Shown: one piece after another, positions 25,623-38,609 of the stretch
How the letters are laid out: each line of letters starts with the position of its first letter
How positions within the stretch are numbered: position 1 is the stretch's first letter
Source of the DNA: Auanema rhodensis
Taxonomy: Eukaryota > Animalia > Nematoda
Direction: 5' to 3'
DNA length: 64,000 nt
Assembly (NCBI GenBank): GCA_964057225.1
Contig: OZ059898.1
Location: 1,550,001 to 1,614,000, forward strand
Notes under the pieces: model-generated
What the model was told of the DNA's origin: nothing
Database searches by the model: none
The model's input: the letters and a program-made list of their open reading frames with translations, nothing else
Translations under genes and position numbers: made by a program

Positions 25623-28430
25623 CGCTAGCTTAAAAATGCACCGAGATATCAACTGATATAAGTTCACACTTATATCCTCGATTTTCACCCTGAAGAATTA
25701 ATTTTTTTGTTGAATAACATTGTCCATCGTCTTTGCCTTGAAAAAAGGAATCTAAAAACATCTACTTTTTGCTAAATTATTTAGAAATTTTTCGAAAAAA
25801 TTTTTGTCAAAATGTTTTTGGAAGCAATGTTGAGTGTACATGGAAACTCAACATACACTAATGCATCATTTTTCAAACGATCATAACTAATTTTTGTATT
25901 AAGCGTTTCTCAATGTAGTATAGTGCATTCGATGCGGATTTTTAAGCTGCGTCGATCTGTGTTATCAGATTTGCGCTAGCTTAAAAATGCACCGTGAAAT
26001 CAACTGATATAAGTTCACACTTATATCCTCGATTTTCACCCTGAAGAATTAATTTTTTCGTTGAATAACATTGTCCATCGTCTTTGCCTTGAAAAAAGGA
26101 ATCTAAAAACATCTACTTTTTGCTAAATTATTTTGAAATTTTCTGAAAAAATTTTTGTCAAAATGTTTTTGGAAGCAATGTTGAGTGTACATGGAAACTC
26201 AACATACACTAATGCATCATTTTTCAAACGATCATAACTAATTTTTGTATTAAGCGTTTCTCAATGTAGTATAGTGCATTCGATGCGGATTTTTAAGCTG
26301 CGTCGATCTGTGTTATCAGATTTGCGCTAGCTTAAAAATGCACCGAGATATCAACTGATATAAGTTCACACATATATCCTCGATTTTCACCCTGAAGAAT
26401 TAATTTTTTTGTTGAATAACATTGTCCATCGTCTTTGCCTTGAAAAAAGGAATCTAAAAACATCTACTTTTTGCTAAATTAATTTGAAATTTTTCGAAAA
26501 AATTTTTGTAAAAATGTTTTTGGAAGCAATGTTGAGTGTACATGGAAACTCAACATACACTAATGCATCATTTTTCAAACGATCATAACTAATTTTTGTA
26601 TTAAGCGTTTCTCAAAGTAGTATAGTGCATTCGATGCGGATTTTTAAGCTGCGTCGATCTGTGTTATCAGATTTGCGCTAGCTTAAAAATGCACCGAGAT
26701 ATCAACTGATATAAGTTCACACTTATATCCTCGATTTTCACCCTGAAGAATTAATTTTTTTGTTGAATAACATTGTCCATCGTCTTTGCCTTGAAAAAAG
26801 GAATCTAAAAACATCTACTTTTTGCTAAATTATTTTGAAATTTTTCGAAAAAATTTTTGTCAAAATGTTTTTGGAAGCAATGTTGAGTGTACATGGAAAC
26901 TCAACATACACTAATGCATCATTTTTCAAACGATCATAACTAATTTTTGTATTAAGCGTTTCTCAAAGTAGTATAGTGCATTCGATGCGGATTTTTAAGC
27001 TGCGTCGATCTGTGTTATCAGATTTGCGCTAGCTTAAAAATGCACCGAGATATCAACTGATATAAGTTCACACTTATATCCTCGATTTTCACCCTGAAGA
27101 ATTAATTTTTTTGTTGAATAACATTGTCCATCGTCTTTGCCTTGAAAAAAGGAATCTAAAAACATCTACTTTTTGCTAAATTATTTAGAAATTTTTCGAA
27201 AAAATTTTTGTCAAAATGTTTTTGGAAGCAATGTTGAGTGTACATGGAAACTCAACATACACTAATGCATCATTTTTCAAACGATCATAACTAATTTTTG
27301 TATTAAGCGTTTCTCAGTGTAGTATAGTGCATTCGATGCGGATTTTTAAGCTGCGTCGATCTGTGTTATCAGATTTGCGCTAGCTTAAAAATGCACCGTG
27401 AAATCAACTGATATAAGTTCACACTTATATCCTCGATTTTCACCCTGAAGAATTAATTTTTTCGTTGAATAACATTGTCCATCGTCTTTGCCTTGAAAAA
27501 AGGAATCTAAAAACATCTACTTTTTGCTAAATTATTTTGAAATTTTCTGAAAAAATTTTTGTCAAAATGTTTTTGGAAGCAATGTTGAGTGTACATGGAA
27601 ACTCAACATACACTAATGCATCATTTTTCAAACGATCATAACTAATTTTTGTATTAAGCGTTTCTCAATGTAGTATAGTGCATTCGATGCGGATTTTTAA
27701 GCTGCGTCGATCTGTGTTATCAGATTTGCGCTAGCTTAAAAATGCACCGAGATATCAACTGATATAAGTTCACACATATATCCTCGATTTTCACCCTGAA
27801 GAATTAATTTTTTTGTTGAATAACATTGTCCATCGTCTTTGCCTTGAAAAAAGGAATCTAAAAACATCTACTTTTTGCTAAATTAATTTGAAATTTTTCG
27901 AAAAAATTTTTGTAAAAATGTTTTTGGAAGCAATGTTGAGTGTACATGGAAACTCAACATACACTAATGCATCATTTTTCAAACGATCATAACTAATTTT
28001 TGTATTAAGCGTTTCTCAAAGTAGTATAGTGCATTCGATGCGGATTTTTAAGCTGCGTCGATCTGTGTTATCAGATTTGCGCTAGCTTAAAAATGCACCG
28101 AGATATCAACTGATATAAGTTCACACTTATATCCTCGATTTTCACCCTGAAGAATTAATTTTTTTGTTGAATAACATTGTCCATCGTCTTTGCCTTGAAA
28201 AAAGGAATCTAAAAACATCTACTTTTTGCTAAATTATTTTGAAATTTTTCGAAAAAATTTTTGTCAAAATGTTTTTGGAAGCAATGTTGAGTGTACATGG
28301 AAACTCAACATACACTAATGCATCATTTTTCAAACGATCATAACTAATTTTTGTATTAAGCGTTTCTCAAAGTAGTATAGTGCATTCGATGCGGATTTTT
28401 AAGCTGCGTCGATCTGTGTTATCAGATTTG
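25623..28430. repeat. Two-copy 4-mer HOR (P-Q-H'-S, 1404 bp)
   Basis: M74-77 and M78-81. H' starts at 26325 and 27729; S (C86T+T292A) starts at 26676 and 28080. Confidence 0.88.
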
Positions 28431-31400
28431 CGCTAGCTTAAAAATGCACCGAGATATCAACTGATATAAGTTCACACTTATATCCTCGATTTTCACCCTG
28501 AAGATTTAATTTTTTCGTTGAATAACATTGTCCATCGTCTTTGCCTTGAAAAATGGAATCTAAAAACATCTACTTTTTGCTAAATTATTTTGAAATTTTT
28601 CGAAAAAATTTTTGTCAAAATGTTTTTGGAAGCAATGTTGAGTGTACATGGAAACTCAACATACACTAATGCATCATTTTTCAAACGATCATAACTAATT
28701 TTTGTATTAAGCGTTTCTCAATGTAGTATAGTGCATTCGATGCGGATTTTTAAGCTGCGTCGATCTGTGTTATCAGATTTGCGCTAGCTTAAAAATGCAC
28801 CGAGATATCAACTGATATAAGTTCACACTTATATCCTCGATTTTCACCCTGAAGAATTAATTTTTTTGTTGAATAACACTGTCCATCGTCTTTGCCTTGA
28901 AAAATGGAATCTAAAAACATCTACTTTTTGCTAAACTATTTTGAAATTTTTCGAAAAAATTTTTGTCAAAATGTTTTTGGAAGCAATGTTGAGTGTACAT
29001 GGAAACTCAACATACACTAATGCATCATTTTTCAAACGATCATAACTAATTTTTGTATTGAGCGTTTCTCAAAGTAGTATAGTGCATTCGATGCGGATTT
29101 TTAAGCTGCGTCGATCTGTGTTATCAGATTTGCGCTAGCTTAAAAATGCACCGAGATATCAACTGATATAAGTTCACACTTATATCCTCGATTTTCACCC
29201 TGAAGAATTAATTTTTTCGTTGAATAACATTGTCCATCGTCTTTGCCTTGAAAAAAGGAATTCAAAAACATCTACTTTTTGCTAAATTATTTTGAAATTT
29301 TCTGAAAAAATTTTTGTCAAAATGTTTTTGGAAGCAATGTTGAGTGTACATGGAAACTCAACATACACTAATGCATCATTTTTCAAACGATCATAACTAA
29401 TTTTTGTATTAAGCGTTTCTCAATGTAGTATAGTGCATTCGATGCGGATTTTTAAGCTGCGTCGATCTGTGTTATCAAATTTGCGCTAGCTTAAAAATGC
29501 ACCGAGATATCAACTGATATAAGTTCACACTTATATCCTCGATTTTCACCCTGAAGATTTAATTTTTTCGTTGAATAACATTGTCCATCGTCTTTGCCTT
29601 GAAAAATGGAATCTAAAAACATCTACTTTTTGCTAAATTATTTTGAAATTTTTCGAAAAAATTTTTGTCAAAATGTTTTTGGAAGCAATGTTGAGTGTAC
29701 ATGGAAACTCAACATACACTAATGCATCATTTTTCAAACGATCATAACTAATTTTTGTATTAAGCGTTTCTCAATGTAGTATAGTGCATTCGATGCGGAT
29801 TTTTAAGCTGCGTCGATCTGTGTTATCAGATTTGCGCTAGCTTAAAAATGCACCGAGATATCAACTGATATAAGTTCACACTTATATCCTCGATTTTCAC
29901 CCTGAAGAATTAATTTTTTTGTTGAATAACATTGTCCATCGTCTTTGCCTTGAAAAAAGGAATCTAAAAACATCTACTTTTTGCTAAATTATTTAGAAAT
30001 TTTTCGAAAAAATTTTTGTCAAAATGTTTTTGGAAGCAATGTTGAGTGTACATGGAAACTCAACATACACTAATGCATCATTTTTCAAACGATCATAACT
30101 AATTTTTGTATTAAGCGTTTCTCAATGTAGTATAGTGCATTCGATGCGGATTTTTAAGCTGCGTCGATCTGTGTTATCAGATTTGCGCTAGCTTAAAAAT
30201 GCACCGTGAAATCAACTGATATAAGTTCACACTTATATCCTCGATTTTCACCCTGAAGAATTAATTTTTTCGTTGAATAACATTGTCCATCGTCTTTGCC
30301 TTGAAAAAAGGAATCTAAAAACATCTACTTTTTGCTAAATTATTTTGAAATTTTCTGAAAAAATTTTTGTCAAAATGTTTTTGGAAGCAATGTTGAGTGT
30401 ACATGGAAACTCAACATACACTAATGCATCATTTTTCAAACGATCATAACTAATTTTTGTATTAAGCGTTTCTCAATGTAGTATAGTGCATTCGATGCGG
30501 ATTTTTAAGCTGCGTCGATCTGTGTTATCAGATTTGCGCTAGCTTAAAAATGCACCGAGATATCAACTGATATAAGTTCACACTTATATCCTCGATTTTC
30601 ACCCTGAAGAATTAATTTTTTTGTTGAATAACATTGTCCATCGTCTTTGCCTTGAAAAAAGGAATCTAAAAACATCTACTTTTTGCTAAATTATTTAGAA
30701 ATTTTTCGAAAAAATTTTTGTCAAAATGTTTTTGGAAGCAATGTTGAGTGTACATGGAAACTCAACATACACTAATGCATCATTTTTCAAACGATCATAA
30801 CTAATTTTTGTATTAAGCGTTTCTCAATGTAGTATAGTGCATTCGATGCGGATTTTTAAGCTGCGTCGATCTGTGTTATCAGATTTGCGCTAGCTTAAAA
30901 ATGCACCGTGAAATCAACTGATATAAGTTCACACTTATATCCTCGATTTTCACCCTGAAGATTTAATTTTTTCGTTGAATAACATTGTCCATCGTCTTTG
31001 CCTTGAAAAATGGAATCTAAAAACATCTACTTTTTGCTAAATTATTTTGAAATTTTTCGAAAAAATTTTTGTCAAAATGTTTTTGGAAGCAATGTTGAGT
31101 GTACATGGAAACTCAACATACACTAATGCATCATTTTTCAAACGATCATAACTAATTTTTGTATTAAGCGTTTCTCAATGTAGTATAGTGCATTCGATGC
31201 GGATTTTTAAGCTGCGTCGATCTGTGTTATCAGATTTGCGCTAGCTTAAAAATGCACCGTGAAATCAACTGATATAAGTTCACACTTATATCCTCGATTT
31301 TCACCCTGAAGAATTAATTTTTTCGTTGAATAACATTGTCCATCGTCTTTGCCTTGAAAAAAGGAATCTAAAAACATCTACTTTTTGCTAAATTATTTTG

Positions 31401-32291
31401 AAATTTTCTGAAAAAATTTTTGTCAAAATGTTTTTGGAAGCAATGTTGAGTGTACATGGAAACTCAACATACACTAATGCATCATTTTTCAAACGATCAT
31501 AACTAATTTTTGTATTAAGCGTTTCTCAATGTAGTATAGTGCATTCGATGCGGATTTTTAAGCTGCGTCGATCTGTGTTATCAGATTTGCGCTAGCTTAA
31601 AAATGCACCGTGAAATCAACTGATATAAGTTCACACTTATATCCTCGATTTTCACCCTGAAGATTTAATTTTTTCGTTGAATAACATTGTCCATCGTCTT
31701 TGCCTTGAAAAATGGAATCTAAAAACATCTACTTTTTGCTAAATTATTTTGAAATTTTTCGAAAAAATTTTTGTCAAAATGTTTTTGGAAGCAATGTTGA
31801 GTGTACATGGAAACTCAACATACACTAATGCATCATTTTTCAAACGATCATAACTAATTTTTGTATTAAGCGTTTCTCAATGTAGTATAGTGCATTCGAT
31901 GCGGATTTTTAAGCTGCGTCGATCTGTGTTATCAGATTTGCGCTAGCTTAAAAATGCACCGTGAAATCAACTGATATAAGTTCACACTTATATCCTCGAT
32001 TTTCACCCTGAAGATTTAATTTTTTCGTTGAATAACATTGTCCATCGTCTTTGCCTTGAAAAATGGAATCTAAAAACATCTACTTTTTGCTAAATTATTT
32101 TGAAATTTTTCGAAAAAATTTTTGTCAAAATGTTTTTGGAAGCAATGTTGAGTGTACATGGAAACTCAACATACACTAATGCATCATTTTTCAAACGATC
32201 ATAACTAATTTTTGTATTAAGCGTTTCTCAATGTAGTATAGTGCATTCGATGCGGATTTTTAAGCTGCGTCGATCTGTGTTATCAGATTTG

Positions 32292-35200
32292 CGCTAGCTT
32301 AAAAATGCACCGAGATATCAACTGATATAAGTTCACACTTATATCCTCGATTTTCACCCTGAAGAATTAATTTTTTTGTTGAATAACATTGTCCATCGTC
32401 TTTGCCTTGAAAAAAGGAATCTAAAAACATCTACTTTTTGCTAAATTATTTAGAAATTTTTCGAAAAAATTTTTGTCAAAATGTTTTTGGAAGCAATGTT
32501 GAGTGTACATGGAAACTCAACATACACTAATGCATCATTTTTCAAACGATCATAACTAATTTTTGTATTAAGCGTTTCTCAATGTAGTATAGTGCATTCG
32601 ATGCGGATTTTTAAGCTGCGTCGATCTGTGTTATCAGATTTGCGCTAGCTTAAAAATGCACCGTGAAATCAACTGATATAAGTTCACACTTATATCCTCG
32701 ATTTTCACCCTGAAGAATTAATTTTTTCGTTGAATAACATTGTCCATCGTCTTTGCCTTGAAAAAAGGAATCTAAAAACATCTACTTTTTGCTAAATTAT
32801 TTTGAAATTTTCTGAAAAAATTTTTGTCAAAATGTTTTTGGAAGCAATGTTGAGTGTACATGGAAACTCAACATACACTAATGCATCATTTTTCAAACGA
32901 TCATAACTAATTTTTGTATTAAGCGTTTCTCAATGTAGTATAGTGCATTCGATGCGGATTTTTAAGCTGCGTCGATCTGTGTTATCAGATTTGCGCTAGC
33001 TTAAAAATGCACCGAGATATCAACTGATATAAGTTCACACTTATATCCTCGATTTTCACCCTGAAGAATTAATTTTTTTGTTGAATAACATTGTCCATCG
33101 TCTTTGCCTTGAAAAAAGGAATCTAAAAACATCTACTTTTTGCTAAATTATTTAGAAATTTTTCGAAAAAATTTTTGTCAAAATGTTTTTGGAAGCAATG
33201 TTGAGTGTACATGGAAACTCAACATACACTAATGCATCATTTTTCAAACGATCATAACTAATTTTTGTATTAAGCGTTTCTCAATGTAGTATAGTGCATT
33301 CGATGCGGATTTTTAAGCTGCGTCGATCTGTGTTATCAGATTTGCGCTAGCTTAAAAATGCACCGTGAAATCAACTGATATAAGTTCACACTTATATCCT
33401 CGATTTTCACCCTGAAGATTTAATTTTTTCGTTGAATAACATTGTCCATCGTCTTTGCCTTGAAAAATGGAATCTAAAAACATCTACTTTTTGCTAAATT
33501 ATTTTGAAATTTTTCGAAAAAATTTTTGTCAAAATGTTTTTGGAAGCAATGTTGAGTGTACATGGAAACTCAACATACACTAATGCATCATTTTTCAAAC
33601 GATCATAACTAATTTTTGTATTAAGCGTTTCTCAATGTAGTATAGTGCATTCGATGCGGATTTTTAAGCTGCGTCGATCTGTGTTATCAGATTTGCGCTA
33701 GCTTAAAAATGCACCGTGAAATCAACTGATATAAGTTCACACTTATATCCTCGATTTTCACCCTGAAGATTTAATTTTTTCGTTGAATAACATTGTCCAT
33801 CGTCTTTGCCTTGAAAAATGGAATCTAAAAACATCTACTTTTTGCTAAATTATTTTGAAATTTTTCGAAAAAATTTTTGTCAAAATGTTTTTGGAAGCAA
33901 TGTTGAGTGTACATGGAAACTCAACATACACTAATGCATCATTTTTCAAACGATCATAACTAATTTTTGTATTAAGCGTTTCTCAATGTAGTATAGTGCA
34001 TTCGATGCGGATTTTTAAGCTGCGTCGATCTGTGTTATCAGATTTGCGCTAGCTTAAAAATGCACCGAGATATCAACTGATATAAGTTCACACTTATATC
34101 CTCGATTTTCACCCTGAAGAATTAATTTTTTTGTTGAATAACATTGTCCATCGTCTTTGCCTTGAAAAAAGGAATCTAAAAACATCTACTTTTTGCTAAA
34201 TTATTTAGAAATTTTTCGAAAAAATTTTTGTCAAAATGTTTTTGGAAGCAATGTTGAGTGTACATGGAAACTCAACATACACTAATGCATCATTTTTCAA
34301 ACGATCATAACTAATTTTTGTATTAAGCGTTTCTCAATGTAGTATAGTGCATTCGATGCGGATTTTTAAGCTGCGTCGATCTGTGTTATCAGATTTGCGC
34401 TAGCTTAAAAATGCACCGTGAAATCAACTGATATAAGTTCACACTTATATCCTCGATTTTCACCCTGAAGAATTAATTTTTTCGTTGAATAACATTGTCC
34501 ATCGTCTTTGCCTTGAAAAAAGGAATCTAAAAACATCTACTTTTTGCTAAATTATTTTGAAATTTTCTGAAAAAATTTTTGTCAAAATGTTTTTGGAAGC
34601 AATGTTGAGTGTACATGGAAACTCAACATACACTAATGCATCATTTTTCAAACGATCATAACTAATTTTTGTATTAAGCGTTTCTCAATGTAGTATAGTG
34701 CATTCGATGCGGATTTTTAAGCTGCGTCGATCTGTGTTATCAGATTTGCGCTAGCTTAAAAATGCACCGAGATATCAACTGATATAAGTTCACACTTATA
34801 TCCTCGATTTTCACCCTGAAGAATTAATTTTTTTGTTGAATAACATTGTCCATCGTCTTTGCCTTGAAAAAAGGAATCTAAAAACATCTACTTTTTGCTA
34901 AATTATTTAGAAATTTTTCGAAAAAATTTTTGTCAAAATGTTTTTGGAAGCAATGTTGAGTGTACATGGAAACTCAACATACACTAATGCATCATTTTTC
35001 AAACGATCATAACTAATTTTTGTATTAAGCGTTTCTCAATGTAGTATAGTGCATTCGATGCGGATTTTTAAGCTGCGTCGATCTGTGTTATCAGATTTGC
35101 GCTAGCTTAAAAATGCACCGTGAAATCAACTGATATAAGTTCACACTTATATCCTCGATTTTCACCCTGAAGATTTAATTTTTTCGTTGAATAACATTGT

Positions 35201-38200
35201 CCATCGTCTTTGCCTTGAAAAATGGAATCTAAAAACATCTACTTTTTGCTAAATTATTTTGAAATTTTTCGAAAAAATTTTTGTCAAAATGTTTTTGGAA
35301 GCAATGTTGAGTGTACATGGAAACTCAACATACACTAATGCATCATTTTTCAAACGATCATAACTAATTTTTGTATTAAGCGTTTCTCAATGTAGTATAG
35401 TGCATTCGATGCGGATTTTTAAGCTGCGTCGATCTGTGTTATCAGATTTGCGCTAGCTTAAAAATGCACCGAGATATCAACTGATATAAGTTCACACTTA
35501 TATCCTCGATTTTCACCCTGAAGAATTAATTTTTTTGTTGAATAACATTGTCCATCGTCTTTGCCTTGAAAAAAGGAATCTAAAAACATCTACTTTTTGC
35601 TAAATTATTTAGAAATTTTTCGAAAAAATTTTTGTCAAAATGTTTTTGGAAGCAATGTTGAGTGTACATGGAAACTCAACATACACTAATGCATCATTTT
35701 TCAAACGATCATAACTAATTTTTGTATTAAGCGTTTCTCAATGTAGTATAGTGCATTCGATGCGGATTTTTAAGCTGCGTCGATCTGTGTTATCAGATTT
35801 GCGCTAGCTTAAAAATGCACCGTGAAATCAACTGATATAAGTTCACACTTATATCCTCGATTTTCACCCTGAAGAATTAATTTTTTCGTTGAATAACATT
35901 GTCCATCGTCTTTGCCTTGAAAAAAGGAATCTAAAAACATCTACTTTTTGCTAAATTATTTTGAAATTTTCTGAAAAAATTTTTGTCAAAATGTTTTTGG
36001 AAGCAATGTTGAGTGTACATGGAAACTCAACATACACTAATGCATCATTTTTCAAACGATCATAACTAATTTTTGTATTAAGCGTTTCTCAATGTAGTAT
36101 AGTGCATTCGATGCGGATTTTTAAGCTGCGTCGATCTGTGTTATCAGATTTGCGCTAGCTTAAAAATGCACCGAGATATCAACTGATATAAGTTCACACT
36201 TATATCCTCGATTTTCACCCTGAAGAATTAATTTTTTTGTTGAATAACATTGTCCATCGTCTTTGCCTTGAAAAAAGGAATCTAAAAACATCTACTTTTT
36301 GCTAAATTATTTAGAAATTTTTCGAAAAAATTTTTGTCAAAATGTTTTTGGAAGCAATGTTGAGTGTACATGGAAACTCAACATACACTAATGCATCATT
36401 TTTCAAACGATCATAACTAATTTTTGTATTAAGCGTTTCTCAATGTAGTATAGTGCATTCGATGCGGATTTTTAAGCTGCGTCGATCTGTGTTATCAGAT
36501 TTGCGCTAGCTTAAAAATGCACCGTGAAATCAACTGATATAAGTTCACACTTATATCCTCGATTTTCACCCTGAAGATTTAATTTTTTCGTTGAATAACA
36601 TTGTCCATCGTCTTTGCCTTGAAAAATGGAATCTAAAAACATCTACTTTTTGCTAAATTATTTTGAAATTTTTCGAAAAAATTTTTGTCAAAATGTTTTT
36701 GGAAGCAATGTTGAGTGTACATGGAAACTCAACATACACTAATGCATCATTTTTCAAACGATCATAACTAATTTTTGTATTAAGCGTTTCTCAATGTAGT
36801 ATAGTGCATTCGATGCGGATTTTTAAGCTGCGTCGATCTGTGTTATCAGATTTGCGCTAGCTTAAAAATGCACCGTGAAATCAACTGATATAAGTTCACA
36901 CTTATATCCTCGATTTTCACCCTGAAGATTTAATTTTTTCGTTGAATAACATTGTCCATCGTCTTTGCCTTGAAAAATGGAATCTAAAAACATCTACTTT
37001 TTGCTAAATTATTTTGAAATTTTTCGAAAAAATTTTTGTCAAAATGTTTTTGGAAGCAATGTTGAGTGTACATGGAAACTCAACATACACTAATGCATCA
37101 TTTTTCAAACGATCATAACTAATTTTTGTATTAAGCGTTTCTCAATGTAGTATAGTGCATTCGATGCGGATTTTTAAGCTGCGTCGATCTGTGTTATCAG
37201 ATTTGCGCTAGCTTAAAAATGCACCGAGATATCAACTGATATAAGTTCACACTTATATCCTCGATTTTCACCCTGAAGAATTAATTTTTTTGTTGAATAA
37301 CATTGTCCATCGTCTTTGCCTTGAAAAAAGGAATCTAAAAACATCTACTTTTTGCTAAATTATTTAGAAATTTTTCGAAAAAATTTTTGTCAAAATGTTT
37401 TTGGAAGCAATGTTGAGTGTACATGGAAACTCAACATACACTAATGCATCATTTTTCAAACGATCATAACTAATTTTTGTATTAAGCGTTTCTCAATGTA
37501 GTATAGTGCATTCGATGCGGATTTTTAAGCTGCGTCGATCTGTGTTATCAGATTTGCGCTAGCTTAAAAATGCACCGTGAAATCAACTGATATAAGTTCA
37601 CACTTATATCCTCGATTTTCACCCTGAAGAATTAATTTTTTCGTTGAATAACATTGTCCATCGTCTTTGCCTTGAAAAAAGGAATCTAAAAACATCTACT
37701 TTTTGCTAAATTATTTTGAAATTTTCTGAAAAAATTTTTGTCAAAATGTTTTTGGAAGCAATGTTGAGTGTACATGGAAACTCAACATACACTAATGCAT
37801 CATTTTTCAAACGATCATAACTAATTTTTGTATTAAGCGTTTCTCAATGTAGTATAGTGCATTCGATGCGGATTTTTAAGCTGCGTCGATCTGTGTTATC
37901 AGATTTGCGCTAGCTTAAAAATGCACCGAGATATCAACTGATATAAGTTCACACTTATATCCTCGATTTTCACCCTGAAGAATTAATTTTTTTGTTGAAT
38001 AACATTGTCCATCGTCTTTGCCTTGAAAAAAGGAATCTAAAAACATCTACTTTTTGCTAAATTATTTAGAAATTTTTCGAAAAAATTTTTGTCAAAATGT
38101 TTTTGGAAGCAATGTTGAGTGTACATGGAAACTCAACATACACTAATGCATCATTTTTCAAACGATCATAACTAATTTTTGTATTAAGCGTTTCTCAATG

Positions 38201-38609
38201 TAGTATAGTGCATTCGATGCGGATTTTTAAGCTGCGTCGATCTGTGTTATCAGATTTGCGCTAGCTTAAAAATGCACCGTGAAATCAACTGATATAAGTT
38301 CACACTTATATCCTCGATTTTCACCCTGAAGATTTAATTTTTTCGTTGAATAACATTGTCCATCGTCTTTGCCTTGAAAAATGGAATCTAAAAACATCTA
38401 CTTTTTGCTAAATTATTTTGAAATTTTTCGAAAAAATTTTTGTCAAAATGTTTTTGGAAGCAATGTTGAGTGTACATGGAAACTCAACATACACTAATGC
38501 ATCATTTTTCAAACGATCATAACTAATTTTTGTATTAAGCGTTTCTCAATGTAGTATAGTGCATTCGATGCGGATTTTTAAGCTGCGTCGATCTGTGTTA
38601 TCAGATTTG
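32292..38609. repeat. Two-copy 9-mer HOR (PQPRR-PQPR, 3159 bp) built from 5-mer and 4-mer units
   Basis: M93-101 and M102-110 have identical haplotype order. P = GAGAT, A75, T86, A161. Q = GTGAA, A75, CT at p170-171. R = GTGAA, T75, T124. Confidence 0.82.
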